Positions 37,554 through 49,299 of a DNA stretch of 64,000 nucleotides are shown here, piece after piece. The notes beneath the pieces are model-generated. The model searched no databases, was not told the origin of the DNA, and saw only the letters and a list, made by a program, of their open reading frames with translations. Position 1 is the stretch's first letter. Each line of letters starts with the position of its first letter. Origin of the DNA: Leucoraja erinacea (Eukaryota); the NCBI RefSeq assembly GCF_028641065.1, contig NC_073384.1:17050001-17114000 (forward strand), given 5' to 3'. The position numbers and the translations under genes were made by a program.

Positions 37554-38160
37554 CTACAACACAACACAATCAAACAGTTACTTTGGCCAAAAAGCTGGCT
37601 TCAGAATTCAGCTGGCAGCTCCCTTCATTGTTCAGGAGAACAAGTACTGAATATTTTTAGTGCGATGTTGAGACATGATGGAACTACACTCATAAGAAAA
37701 ATATAACTTCTCCACTGAAACGACTGTTATCTTTAATCTTGGACACACACTCCATGTCACGCAGGAGTCAACAGTTTCAGGAGAGCTGAAGTACTAAGAA
37801 TGATTATCATCAAAGTCATGGGGAGAGATTTTTGAAAGAATTCCGAAACCATATTAATCAGGAACCTGCCTTTACTGTGGTTAAACACTCCTATTAGTTT
37901 GAAGCGAACATTATCAGACAATTGTTGAAGTAGTTGTGCTAATGGTGGAGCTGATGGCCAAATGTTTGGCCAGAAAGGATGGTTCTGAGCAGACAAAAGT
38001 AGGAGAGATCCTGAGGTTGATCTCCTCTCAGGTTCAACAGCAGAAGCTGAACCTTCAGTGGATTGTTAGACCTGGTAGTGTGCTCTCACACACCTGCTCA
38101 CAAGCAGTGCATGTCCCACTCTCCATCAACAGATGCACCATGTACATTTACAATACCCAA

Positions 38161-39683
38161 TAGTCTGTGGGCCGAGGAGCTTTTTCGTTCACGTTCGTGA
38201 TCCATCTCACAGAACTATCCTGAATTTTTAACATATTGTGTAAAAATATAATATAAATCATACCTGAAACTCGTCAAGAACAAAACCTGCACATTTTATT
38301 TAAATATGACAAAAACTTCCAATTATCCGAGTAGTAATTGTCCAATCAATGCACGTTTGACATTGAGGTCGGACGCAAATTGACCAATCCCGCACACTGT
38401 TTGTTTTATGGTTGCTAGGCAGCGAGGACTCTGGGATCAAAGCTGACTCCTCATTACATCAATAGCAATAACAAGGTTTCCAAGGATAAAGGTAATGCTA
38501 ACCTTGTTGATAATTTTGTTTTTCAATTGATTTATCTATATAAAGTTTGGATGTTAAATAAAAATTATAATTAACAAATGTACAGCTAAAGTTAGGATTA
38601 GGGTTAGGTTCAGGGTTAGGGTCAGGGTTAGGGTCTGGGTTAGGGTCATGGCCAGGGTCAGGGTTAGAGTCAGTCAATCGGTCGGTCGGGCTTGTCGGTA
38701 GGCCGATGGATGCTGTGGAGGATCGGTCGGGGAATGGACCGCTAGTGGATGCTGCGAAAGGCTGGTTGGGCTGTCGGCCTGCTAGTGGATGCTGCGAGGG
38801 GTCGGTCAGGCAGTTGGTAGGCCTGTGAGTGCTGCGAGGGTTCGGTCAGGTTGTCGGCCGGCCGGTATTGCAACGAGCGAGCAGGCGGACTGACGGAGCT
38901 GGCGCTATGGGGTGCTGAAGGTGGCCTGGGCAGCATGCAAGGCAGTGCTACTCCCCACCATCATCACCACAATGATCCAGAAGGGCATGCTGGCCGAGGT
39001 GGACTCGCTGAGTGGCCACACGTACGGAGCCCGCAGCCGGTCCCAAAGCAGCACCAGCTCCAGCCGTGGGCAGCTCTGGAAGGGGGCGAGTTAGGGTTAG
39101 GGTTAGGCATTTTCCTCTCAGTGGAAGATGCCTTACCTTTCCCCCAGCCTGGCACTGTCCCAGTCCCACTATGGCCATGACCCCCATTCTGCACACTGGT
39201 AGTCAGTGGGGTTCAGTAAACAGGGGAACCCAGAAGAACTGCCCTCACCCATTAATTAGGCTGGTTCAGGAGCTGGACCTCTGCGGCACTCAGTCAAAAA
39301 GCGCAAAAAATTATATTATAAAAATTATATTATATTAATTATATTATTTTATATAATATAATTATACATAATTATATATGAATACAGTCATATTCACAAG
39401 TCATATATATATGGTATAATAATATATAGTTTAAATAGACTGCATCAGGGAAATAGGCTCCCCATGGTGTAATATGGGCATTGGACACTAGATGGCGCGT
39501 ACATTTTTTAATCTCATTTTCTAATTAGTTTAATTAATTAATGTGCAACTTTAGGCACTGACGAGTTATGACTTCCTTCTCAATTATATTCTATCTAAAT
39601 CTGTGCAAAATTTCAAGTAGTTCTGAGACATTGGTCACAAAAGTTGATTTCTAGACACATTTTTGATGCTCGGCCACAGCCTA
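38161..39683. mobile_element. TIR element with 3-bp TSD, carrying telomere-like repeats
   Basis: Termini TAGTCTGTGGGCCGAG / CTCGGCCACAGCCTA, flanked by CAA/CAA. Empty site in gene A at about 8531-8534. Confidence 0.75.
38591..38672 (+). repeat. Degenerate (TTAGGG/TCAGGG)n array; short second tract at about 39090-39106
   Basis: gttaggattagggttaggttcagggttagggtcagggttagggtctgggttagggtc... Confidence 0.85.
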
Positions 39684-39799
39684 CAATGATCCACAAAGCT
39701 AGTGGAGTAAATACCTGATGGGAAGCTAATAGCACACCATCAGGGAGAGGGACCCCAGCACAGGTCTGCTTATCACAGAAAACTCACATCAGAACTCAC

Positions 39800-39873
39800 C
39801 GGGACATTTCTTGCCACGGATATGTTTTCATAATCTGCTCCTGGGGTCTGATCATCATTCACTCCAGACTGGG
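39800..39873 (-). CDS. Gene B cytoplasmic exon 1 (SQSGVNDDQTPGADYENISVARNVP)
   Basis: Acceptor ttctctatttcacag|CC, donor CCG|gtgagt, 74 nt, phase 1-0. Contains YENI. Conserved in paralog 8347-8420. Confidence 0.85.
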
Positions 39874-40038
39874 CTGTGAAATAGAGAACAAGGTCTCACA
39901 ATGAGCAGCCTCAGAGCTGTGAATCCCACTTTGCTACCCAACAGCATAATGACGGCTTTTTGACAATCGGAACCAGCCCTTCCGATTTCAATAACCACAC
40001 AGCAATCAGCTCAGGCTGAATTATTTAGTTACACATAC

Positions 40039-40173
40039 AGGACTGGAAGCTTCCAGATGCTCTGCGTCTGATGAGGCAAATGGCTCCAGTAACAGCAAGA
40101 ACTCCCAGCACCAAAGGTAGAATGATCCAGGCAAGGTACATCATCACAACTTGATTCTCCTTCGTTTGAGAAA
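40039..40173 (-). CDS. Gene B transmembrane exon (SQTKENQVVMMYLAWIILPLVLGVLAVTGAICLIRRRASGSFQS)
   Basis: Acceptor ttctttgcag|TT, donor T|gtatgt, 135 nt, phase 1-1. Uncharged hydrophobic stretch followed by RRR stop-transfer. Paralog at 8045-8179 differs at 5 nt. Confidence 0.88.
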
Positions 40174-42749
40174 CTGCAAAGAAATCACATCATTGGGTCA
40201 ACATCAGGGAAAAGTAATGTCAGTGCAGCAGGAAGCCACTTGGCCCATTGTTCTGTGCCAGCTCTTTGAAAGAGTGATCCACTGATCCTAACCCACTTAT
40301 TTCCCCATCCTGCAATAGGTTCTCACTGGAATTTATCCAATTCCTAGTGGAATATTGCTATTCAACCAACGTCCACCAGCTGACCCAACTGGCCACTGAA
40401 AAAAGCGAAGTTCCCAGAGGCACCATGTTCCTTCAACTTTCATTGACCATTCTAATATAAATGTACTGTAATAAAGGAAAGAAGGGGAGCACCGAGTGTT
40501 CACCAGTGCGTTTACCTGGCCATGTATTGGAATACATCTTAATGAACCAAATAAGCATTAATTTAGAAATCATTAAATGTCAGCAAGCTTCAATTGGGTC
40601 CCGTTGTAACAGTGCGGAGGTGACATAGGGAGGTCAGGGTATCAGTGGAGGGGGATTAAAGTGGTGACAACAGGCAGCTCAAGGTCACTCCTGTAGATGA
40701 AGTGGAAATACTCCCCAAAGCATTCACTCCATCTGTGTAGAAATGAACTGCAGATGGTGGTTTATGCTGAAGACAGGCAAAAAGTGTTGGAGTTACTCAG
40801 CGGGTCAGGCAGTATCTCTGAATAAAAAGGATGGGTGACGTTTCGGGTTAGAACCCATGTTTACACCCTGCACTGTTACACTGTCTGAAAAACGTTTCTG
40901 ATCTGACCCATCTTTTTTCACCAGAAATGCTGCCTGACCCACTGAGTTACTCCAGCACTTTGTGTCAACTATGTTTAATTTCCTCCGTGTGGAAGAGACC
41001 ACGCAGAGAACACCAAATGCAGTACATCCGTTTGGAAAAAGTGCAAGTCATTCACTGCTTAACCTGGGAAGGCTATTTGTGGCCCTGGACGGTGGGAAGG
41101 GAAGAGGTGAAAAGTCAAGTGTTGCTTCTCCTGTGCTTTTGCATGGAGACATGCCATATGAGTGCGAGTGGTTGTTGGGGACGGACGAGGGATTTTATTG
41201 GATCTGGTGAAAAATGCAAAGAATGATCGGATAAATATGGCAGGTTTCTGGGTGGAAGGTAAGGAGCAAGGGAACTATGATCTTATCCATTCATGGAAAG
41301 ATGAAGAATGAGAGCATAGATGTGGGAAAATCAATAAGATGTGATTAAGGACTGTCCACTCCAGTAGAGGAGAAGCCACTGTTCAGAAAGAAGGAAGACA
41401 TTTCAGTGGCATCTCTCAGGGTAACTTATTGTTTCTTCCCATCATCATTTTAGCACAGTTTGTCCTGCTAGATGTGTCCTTGAGCACACTATTAACAACA
41501 CATCTCACAGCAAAGGAAGCATAATATGCTTACACATCCTCACATTGAATTCAATCAGAGATATTTCCTTTGTACTACCGATTCCTTCCTTCTCACAGAA
41601 ATGTTTTACTTCTGTTTTTCTTTCTCCACAGATGCTGCCTGGCCTTCTGGTGGTCACAGGGATAACATATAAACTCCGTACAGACAGCACTCCTAGTCAG
41701 GATTGAACATGGGTCTCTGGCACTATAAGGCAGCAACTCTACCACAGCGCCACTCTGCCGCCCCATTGACCATAAATCTGTATATTTCAAAATGGTTACG
41801 TAAAATGACAGAGATAGGTTGGAATAGGGGGCTTACTTTGGGGGAGGGCCAATTTCACAACATTAAGCCAGGACCTGGCAAATTTACTTATCTGTAAGTC
41901 AAAATCTGCACAGTGGGAAGCATTCAAAGGAGAAAAAAACAAGAACTTAAGGTCAACATATTTGTGTAAGGGTGATTGTCAAAAGTAACAAGAATAGGGA
42001 ACCAAGGATGCAGAGGGTTGGATAAAGAGAAAATAGGAAGCATATAGCTAACGGGGCCGGCAAGTGGGAGTGCAGCAGGCCCGAGTGGTGAAAAGAAAAT
42101 GTAATTTTTTAAAGGGAAATACTTTGTCAAATCGAACGAAAATCGCTACACCACACTCCAGGCGAATAGTGAGTAAATTGGGCCTAAAATAGTTGCGCTA
42201 TTGTGTACTGTTTTCATGGGTGGAAATCCCGGGGAGACATGGGGACACACGTCCCCTCCATGTTTTGAGAGGTGGGGGACATGTTTTGGAATCCGGATTT
42301 TGAAATTCGGCTAAAAAAAAATCTACAAAAAATCTCCGCTTTCCGCAAGACAGAGGGGGTGGGACGGATGTTCGAGGGCGCCGATTGGACTAGAGAGATG
42401 TCGGTTAGAAAGCAATGGGGGGGGGGGTGGGGGGACATGATGATTCAGCGCGATGATTGGAGGAGGGAGTGTCGGTCAGAGGCGGAAGTAGGGGGGTGGG
42501 ACTGAGTATAAAGCGCGGTGATTGGAGGAGGGAGGCGTCCTAGTGGAGCAAAGATCATAGAGCGGAGCATTAATCGGTCCGTTCGCGGGGCCTTTCATCA
42601 CCCGGCACAGACTGAAATCGGCCTCGGGCGATGAAAGGCCCCGTGAATGGGTCGATTCAAGCCCCACGATTCGGGGCGGACGAAGCTGCTGTTGCTGGAG
42701 TTTGGAGTTGGTCACCAACCAGGTCAGATCCCGATGTTATCGTGCACAG

Positions 42750-44426
42750 GGCCAAAAGGAAATTCAATTTGGAATCCTTGTATACTGTGCAGCATAAACT
42801 GATCGGATGTTATTCGTTGACATTCGTGCAAAAACAAGTGTAATCTATTACCAACTCGTAACTCATCCACACACACCATGTTTCGGAAAGAACCAGACCC
42901 ACATGGTTACCAGTGGTCTTATGGTAAGCCCAAAGGCCCCTGATGCGGATTCTGTTTCCATCCTCAGGTTCTAATTCCTTCCTTGAATTGGAGGATAGGA
43001 CTGCTGGGGTGCGTGGATTGCACATTTTCCCTCAGGGCCGGCTTGGGCATTGGACTAAAAGACATCTGCCCAGAGAATCAGCTTTCAAGCTGCCACCAGC
43101 TTCAGTGAACCACTTACTGCCGATGGAGGTGTAGGGGTGTTGTCGCCAAAACGGTGAGGCTTTTGCTCGTCGTAGGTACCTTGACTAGTCCGACAGCTTT
43201 ACTTCCTCATCCAGGTTTTTTACCCGTTTGGCTAGGTCTTCTCCAAGGAGAAGATTTGGCGGCTGGACATCGCTGGCCTCGCCATCCATAGTCTCCCCGG
43301 ATAGCGCTGTTCACTGCCGACACTTTGTTCCTGTAATGATGTGATGTGAGGTCACTGATGCTTACCAAGCTTGTAATGTGAGGGGAAATTCTGCACCCCC
43401 CCCCCCCGGATTTTCTGCTAGGCTGGAAGCCAACTCTTCCTTGCAGCGGCTCCTCCGTTTGCGTGGATATCGTAACCCTTGATGCCATAACAGGATTCTT
43501 GAACCTCATGCATGCATTCTAGTATGTTTCACAAACATACGTCCGAGTTTGTAGTCAGTCACACACTGACCCCTCGCACTCCCCTCCACAGAGAGGGAGA
43601 TTTGTAAGCAGCCCTGCAACAGACGCTGCTGCAGGTCCTCGATAAGACATGCGCTGATATGGCCCCGTCCACGGACCATGTCAGGATGGAGCATCTCCTC
43701 AGTGGGATGAACGCCCTGCGGACGCATCCATGCTCCACCTGGGTAAACGTCCGAAGACGTACCCATGGAGGGGAACCCTCCTTTTTACTTCACGCAGCTG
43801 GCGTGTCGTGGAATGTTCCCCAGACATACCACCGAACTACGAGCCAGCCCAAAACTGACTGCCTACGCTCCCCTCCTCAAAGAGGGAGATATAATGCAGC
43901 CCTGCACCAGGTGCTGCCGCAGACCCCCGAGACCCGCGCTGATATGACTCCGTTCCTTGGAGTATATCATGGTGGAGCATCTTTTCCATGAGATGCTCCA
44001 TCCGGGAAAGACGTCCACGTTCCCCACAGCAGGAGGTGAACCCTCCCGGCCGGACTCGTCCGAGTCAACCGGCCTGCCGAGCCGGGTACCCCCCACGGAG
44101 CCGGGATTCCCTGCGGTCTCCGTAGCCGGGTTTCCTCGAGCCGGGTTTCCCCCTGCGGAGCCAGGATTCCTGCGGTCTCCGTAGCCGGGTTTCCCCGACG
44201 AGACAGGATTTAGACCACGGAACGTCATCCAGCAGGAACTCTGTGAAAGAGAATCCTGCAAGTAATAAGCACAACCTGAAAAATAAGTTTGAAACTTACC
44301 TTCAGGTTTCGAAACTTAACGCTAGAGGAGCGACGTGCCTGCCAGCCAGTCGTGCGCCATGCTTTAGACGTAATGACGCGCTGGCGGGCTCTTCACGTAG
44401 TCACTCACGTGACTCCAAAGTAAAAT
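42750..44426 (-). mobile_element. DIRS1-like 5' fragment (left ITR, gag, start of RT)
   Basis: Reverse complement of the left terminus TTTTACTTTGGAGTCACGTGAGTGACTACGTGAAGAGCCCG at about 44385-44426. gag motif LLLGEDLAKRVKNLDEE (cf. LLFGKDLTKHMKDMEE in ORF 53217..53642). Internal short tandem repeats at about 44090-44200. Confidence 0.82.
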
Positions 44427-44789
44427 AACTCAAGTTATCCTCTTTCTCTCCTTATTCTGATTTGTTTCAGGAGGGATATGGGCCAAACGCAGGCAGGTGG
44501 GACTAGTGTAGTTGGGACATGTTGGCCGGTGTGGGCAAGTTGGGCAGAAGAGCATGTTTCCACACTGTATGACTATTTGACTTTCTGCTATTAGTTGGTA
44601 ATATCTTCCATCTCTGACAACTGAAACGCAAAGAATAATCCTTTTTCATTCACAAACCATTTGCGGAGACTATTTACACTTTTGATTTTAGTTTCCTTGT
44701 ACTCGTCCTTTCACACACTTTTCTATTTCCTAGCTGTTGCACTTTACTCATGGCTCAGGAAGAGGTCCGAGCAGGTGTGGAGGAAGAGT

Positions 44790-45590
44790 GTGTGAACAGG
44801 ACGGTGGGGCTCAGGCAGAGGATCATTAGAACACCTCCTCATCAGCTGTCCAAAGTCCCTTGGGGAAGGTCGCTATTGGCTGCGCCATGAGCAGGTGCTC
44901 AAGGTGGTTGCTGCGAGCATAGCCACTGCCAATGGTAACAGCAAACACCACAACGCCCCATAGAAATCAATCACATTTGTCAAAGCTGGAGAGAAAACTC
45001 GACCACAACCAAAAACATGGACGGGCCTCCTGTACACAGCCACTGACTGGCAGCTGCATGTCGATCTGGGCAAACAGCTGAAATTTCCACAGCACATCAC
45101 AGCAACATCACTCCGGCCAGACATGATCATCACCTCCGAAGTGACAAAACAGCTGATCATTCTGGAGCTGACAGTGCCCTGGGAAGAGCGTATTGAAGAG
45201 GCTAACGAGATGATACGTGCAAAGTACCAGGAACTGGTGGAGATGTGCCAGGACGGAGGCTGGAAGACATACTATGATCCCATAGAGGTGGGCTGTAGAG
45301 GCTTTGCAGGATGCTCACTCTGAAAGTCCTCAACCAGTTGGGCTTTACGGGGCTGGAAAAGAAGAGGACCATTCAATCCGCAAGCGAAGCCGCAGAGAAA
45401 GCCACTAGGTGGCTTTGGATTAAGAGGGCTGATCCGTGGGCGGTTGCTGCTTGGACGCAAGTTGGGACCTGATCAACCCTGGCTGGGACGCCTTGGCGAG
45501 GGTGCCTGATGTTGTGAGACCTGAAACACCCGATGACCCCAGGTCACATTATTGAGGATGCGTCCCAGTGCATCTAGAAGATGTATCTTT
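44790..45590 (+). mobile_element. HERO/R2-group non-LTR retrotransposon 3' fragment (restriction-like endonuclease)
   Basis: LEHLLISC...RHEQVL; LRPDMII...ILELTVPWEERIEEA...KY...PIEVGCRGF. Confidence 0.85.
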
Positions 45591-46379
45591 CATACTATGT
45601 GAACATACATGGAGCTTAATGGAAAGCATCATATTTTTCCAGCATTTAGTGTATAACAGATTCTAAAATTTGAATCCAACCACATACTGCCCAGGGAGGC
45701 TCAGGATAATTGAAGAGTAAGATTATCGAGGATGTCAGATATATACGTTCTCTGGACTTGCTGGCTGATCTTTTAAGTTACTCTTAAAAGGCTTGTGCCT
45801 TTTTTAAAAATATATATTGATTGCCTTCTAAACTGCTCATTCAATCTACATGTTTATCTTAAGTTATTTTGTGTATGGGAACACCCAGATTCTTCTGACA
45901 TTACAGTCTAACAACATTCAAAAAAATACTTTGCATGTGTGTTTTTCTTACAGAAGTGAATGATTATATTTTTCCAAGATATAGTCCATCTGGCTTGTCC
46001 TGCTCTTTATACTTGCCTGTGCCCCCTGCAGCCTCCTCACATGTTGCATCACCTACCAACTAACCTGGATATGTTATACATGATCTCCTCATCCTCGATT
46101 GTGAACAGAGAGGGTCCCAGCACCAAACCCTGCACCACCAATCACTAGTCACAGCCTCTCAGCTTGAATACCTGCTGCTAATTCTAGTTCCTCCAGGAGA
46201 TTCTTCCATCTATGTGTCTGCTTGTGATGAATAATGGTCAATCTCATCTACAGCTACTGTCTCCGTATGGCTCATTGAAAAACCCAACCCTACTTTGCTA
46301 GTTACAAACATCTAACAATGTGAGCTTTAAAATATTCCTCAACCATGATGTCTATTTCATACATCCACGTTGACCCTAT

Positions 46380-47150
46380 TCAAAGGTATCAAAGGTATTT
46401 TATTAGTCACATTCACATACACCCAGGTGTAGTGATGTGAAATGCTTTTTGCCATTTTGCAGCACACAAAAAAAGAATACAGACATAACACCAATAAGAG
46501 TCTTAAACACAAAGAACATCCCCCCACCATGGCTCCCACCATGAGGGAAGGCACAAAGTCCAGTCCCCAACCCCAGTTCACCCATAGTCGGGCCCATTGA
46601 GGCCTCAACAGTTGCCTCTATGGAGGCCCGATGTTCCAGGCCGTTCTCGCCGGGTGATGTAGCTCCGGCGTCGGGAGAGTCCTCCCAGCGGCTTGGGAAC
46701 CCTGGAACAGCCGCTTCCGCACTGGAGGCCGCGCCTTCCGAAGCCAACAAGGCCGCGCCGGTTGGAGCTCCACAACTGGCGATCTCATCTAGAGATCCCA
46801 GGCTCCCGTTGTTAAGTTCAGCGCCGCCGCCCGCAGCTGGTCACTCCACAGTCCCGCAGCTCCTCGATGTTTTACCCGGCGGTCTCAGCTCACCGGAGCT
46901 CCAGCGCGGCGACCCGGGCAAGGCATCGCCCACTCCGCGATAGCGCTCCAGCGCTGTGCCGCCGCCGAAGCATTGGTTCTGGATGATCCGCGACAGGAAA
47001 TGCCGCTCCAGGCCCGCTGGTAGGCGGCGAGGACGGGTCGAAGCTGCAGCCCGGAGAAAAGCTGCCTCTCCGACCAGGTAGGGACCCTGAAAGGTAGTTT
47101 CCTGGAGGCACCCCGGGACACAAAGATGGCCGGGCGAGGAGAGGAGAGGG
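46380..47150 (-). mobile_element. GC-rich retroposon-like repeat of a related family, with a (TACCTTTGA)n-type tail
   Basis: 3' region resembles 26225-27148 and 36405-37342 (TGTGCCTTCC...ATGGTGG...AATGTGAC.AATAAA). Confidence 0.55.
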
Positions 47151-47697
47151 ACATCGGTTTGTTGGAACTACTCCAGTACAACGAGCTGTAGGCTGACCGG
47201 ACGTTGCACTTTGAATGATCATGACGCCAAAACATGGCAGTGCCAGCATGTGTAATATATGTAAAACTAAATTCACTGCCCAGTTGCATATGTAACAAAT
47301 AAAGAACTATTGAACCATTGAAATAAGGAGGCAGCATTGGTTAATCTAAAGCCATGACAAGTTGTAGTTCTGCTCTCCTGTACCTTAACTCAAACAGATG
47401 TGAGCAGTGCCATGCTATTACACTGAGCACTGAACACTATTTCTAGTTTTCTCTACATTGAAGAACACACTGCACATTGAAATTTATTTCCCACAACCCA
47501 GATCTGACATCAGTTACCGTATCAGTGCTCACACCATTAGTGAGGGGCCACAATGTATTGGTCTCCAAAATCAGGGCTCCAGTATTATCTCCTTAATCTT
47601 TCAGTAATTCCGGCTCATGTGCCTAATCAAGGGAAGTGAATTACACCCAATATAGTTACACATGGGTGGAATAAAACCAACAATAATTTGTACTCAC

Positions 47698-48042
47698 TGG
47701 TTACGTTGAGTTGGGTTCCGTTCCCTCTGACATCTCCCCACACTGTGCAGTAATAGACGGCAGAGTCATTGAGCGTCACGTTTGTGACATTCAGGATGAA
47801 GCTGCTGTTGGAGGCGTCTTTGGACGGCTGGAACCGCTCAGTGAAGCCTGGTCTCCTTCGTACGCTGCCTCCTGCCTCGTGTGTTAAAACCCACTCCATG
47901 TCCTGCCCGGGTAGTTCTCGGTACCAGTGGACATCAGTGTTTCCCACTTCAGCGTTCTCCATGGAGCACCGTAACCATGCCGTGTGACCCTCAGTGACAC
48001 GCTCCAGCCTCGGGAATTGGATCAGGATCGGAGGATTTGCAA
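47698..48042 (-). CDS. Gene B exon 3: V-set Ig domain V2 (VJ-type)
   Basis: Acceptor ttttccctttcaag|TT, donor ACCA|gtgagt, 345 nt, phase 1-1, open. Motifs LRC, HWYR, DSAVYYC, WGDVRGNGTQLNVT. Confidence 0.93.
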
Positions 48043-48936
48043 CTTGAAAGGGAAAATATCAATAGATGAACAATAATGTTGGAGTTGCTAAATACTTCAT
48101 GTGTTTCAACTTAAAATACATTCATCCTTTGTCATTAAATAACCTCATGTAAAAGTGATGCTAACTTGGTTAGTATCTGATATTAAAATCATGATTGCAG
48201 CTGATTGCAACTGTTCACGATTATCTTTCAGTCTCTCTTTCTCTTTCTCTCCCTCCGGTGTTGCCTCACAATGGGGATTTCATTTTTCATTTAGCTTTGT
48301 TTAAACGTTTATTTAGTCCTTGGTTGCCTTCTACACAGAGTAAGATCTCTGTATATTGGAGGAATAAGAGGGTATGGAAATAGTACAGATAGATCATTGA
48401 GGTGGTAATGTTAGTTCACTTTAGTGTAGAGATGCAGCACGGAAACAGGTCCTTCAGTCTACTGAGCCCATGCTGACCATTGAGTTATTGATCTCAGTGT
48501 GGCAGATGGTGCAACTAATAGTGACTGTGCATAAACTGTGAATGGCTCGATTGTAATCATATATTGTCTATCCGCTGACTGGTTAGCAGGCAACAAAAGC
48601 TTTTCACTGTACCTCGGTAGACGTGACAATAAAGTAAACTCAAGCAAAGTGATTATAAATGAAGAAACTAGCCTACCTATACTGTAATTTCTTTACATTC
48701 ATCTGTTCACACTATGTGTACCTTTCTGGCAATGCCGAATTACATTCTCCATCCTGATCTCAGAACGCAGTAACGAGTGATCTGCATTATTCAGTTAAAA
48801 AATAAATTTGGCATATTTTCATTCTCTATTTTGCAGTGTGAACTTCTAATGATGTTTGTCTCTGTAAAACTGACAACATGACATCATGATTCCTCATGAT
48901 GTTAGGATTGGAAATAGAACCAATTTAAATACTCAC

Positions 48937-49299
48937 TGGTTACATTCAGCTTGGTTCCATCTCCAAATAAATTCCCCCAAAGGCCACAGATGTAATCAGC
49001 AGAGTCGGCAATCTTCACCTCTCTGATGGTCAGTGAGTAGCTGTTACTGATGACGTTCCTGGAAAGCTGAAATCGATCGGAGAAGCCCAGTGACCTGTAA
49101 ATGATGCCACTGACATAAAGACTAAGTTTGATTCCTGCATCAGTTAATTTATCACGTGAGTTGTACCAGTGAACGTGGTTTGATTTCACAATGTTATTCA
49201 CATTGGTGCTGTTCAGGACACACCGTATCTCCACTGTTTCACCTTCACGCACCACCAGAGCTCCTGGGGATTGGATCAGGGATGTGTTTGCTGTTAGAC
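48937..49299 (-). CDS. Gene B exon 2: V-set Ig domain V1 with germline-joined J-like strand
   Basis: Acceptor attacccacag|GT, donor ACCA|gtgagt, 363 nt, phase 1-1, open. Motifs: B-strand C (VEIRC), HWY, DSADYIC, WGNLFGDGTKLNVT. Lies within ORF 48902..49405. Confidence 0.93.

Noticed and set aside
38591-38672. Chromosome-fusion telomere relic
   Set aside because: Single orientation, degenerate, and inside a TIR element that is absent from the paralog.
3658-49299. Rearranging TCR/Ig locus
   Set aside because: The V exons already contain the J-like strand and end in splice donors. I found no complete heptamer-spacer-nonamer, separate J/D segments or C1 exons, and the V exons are in phase with a TM exon.
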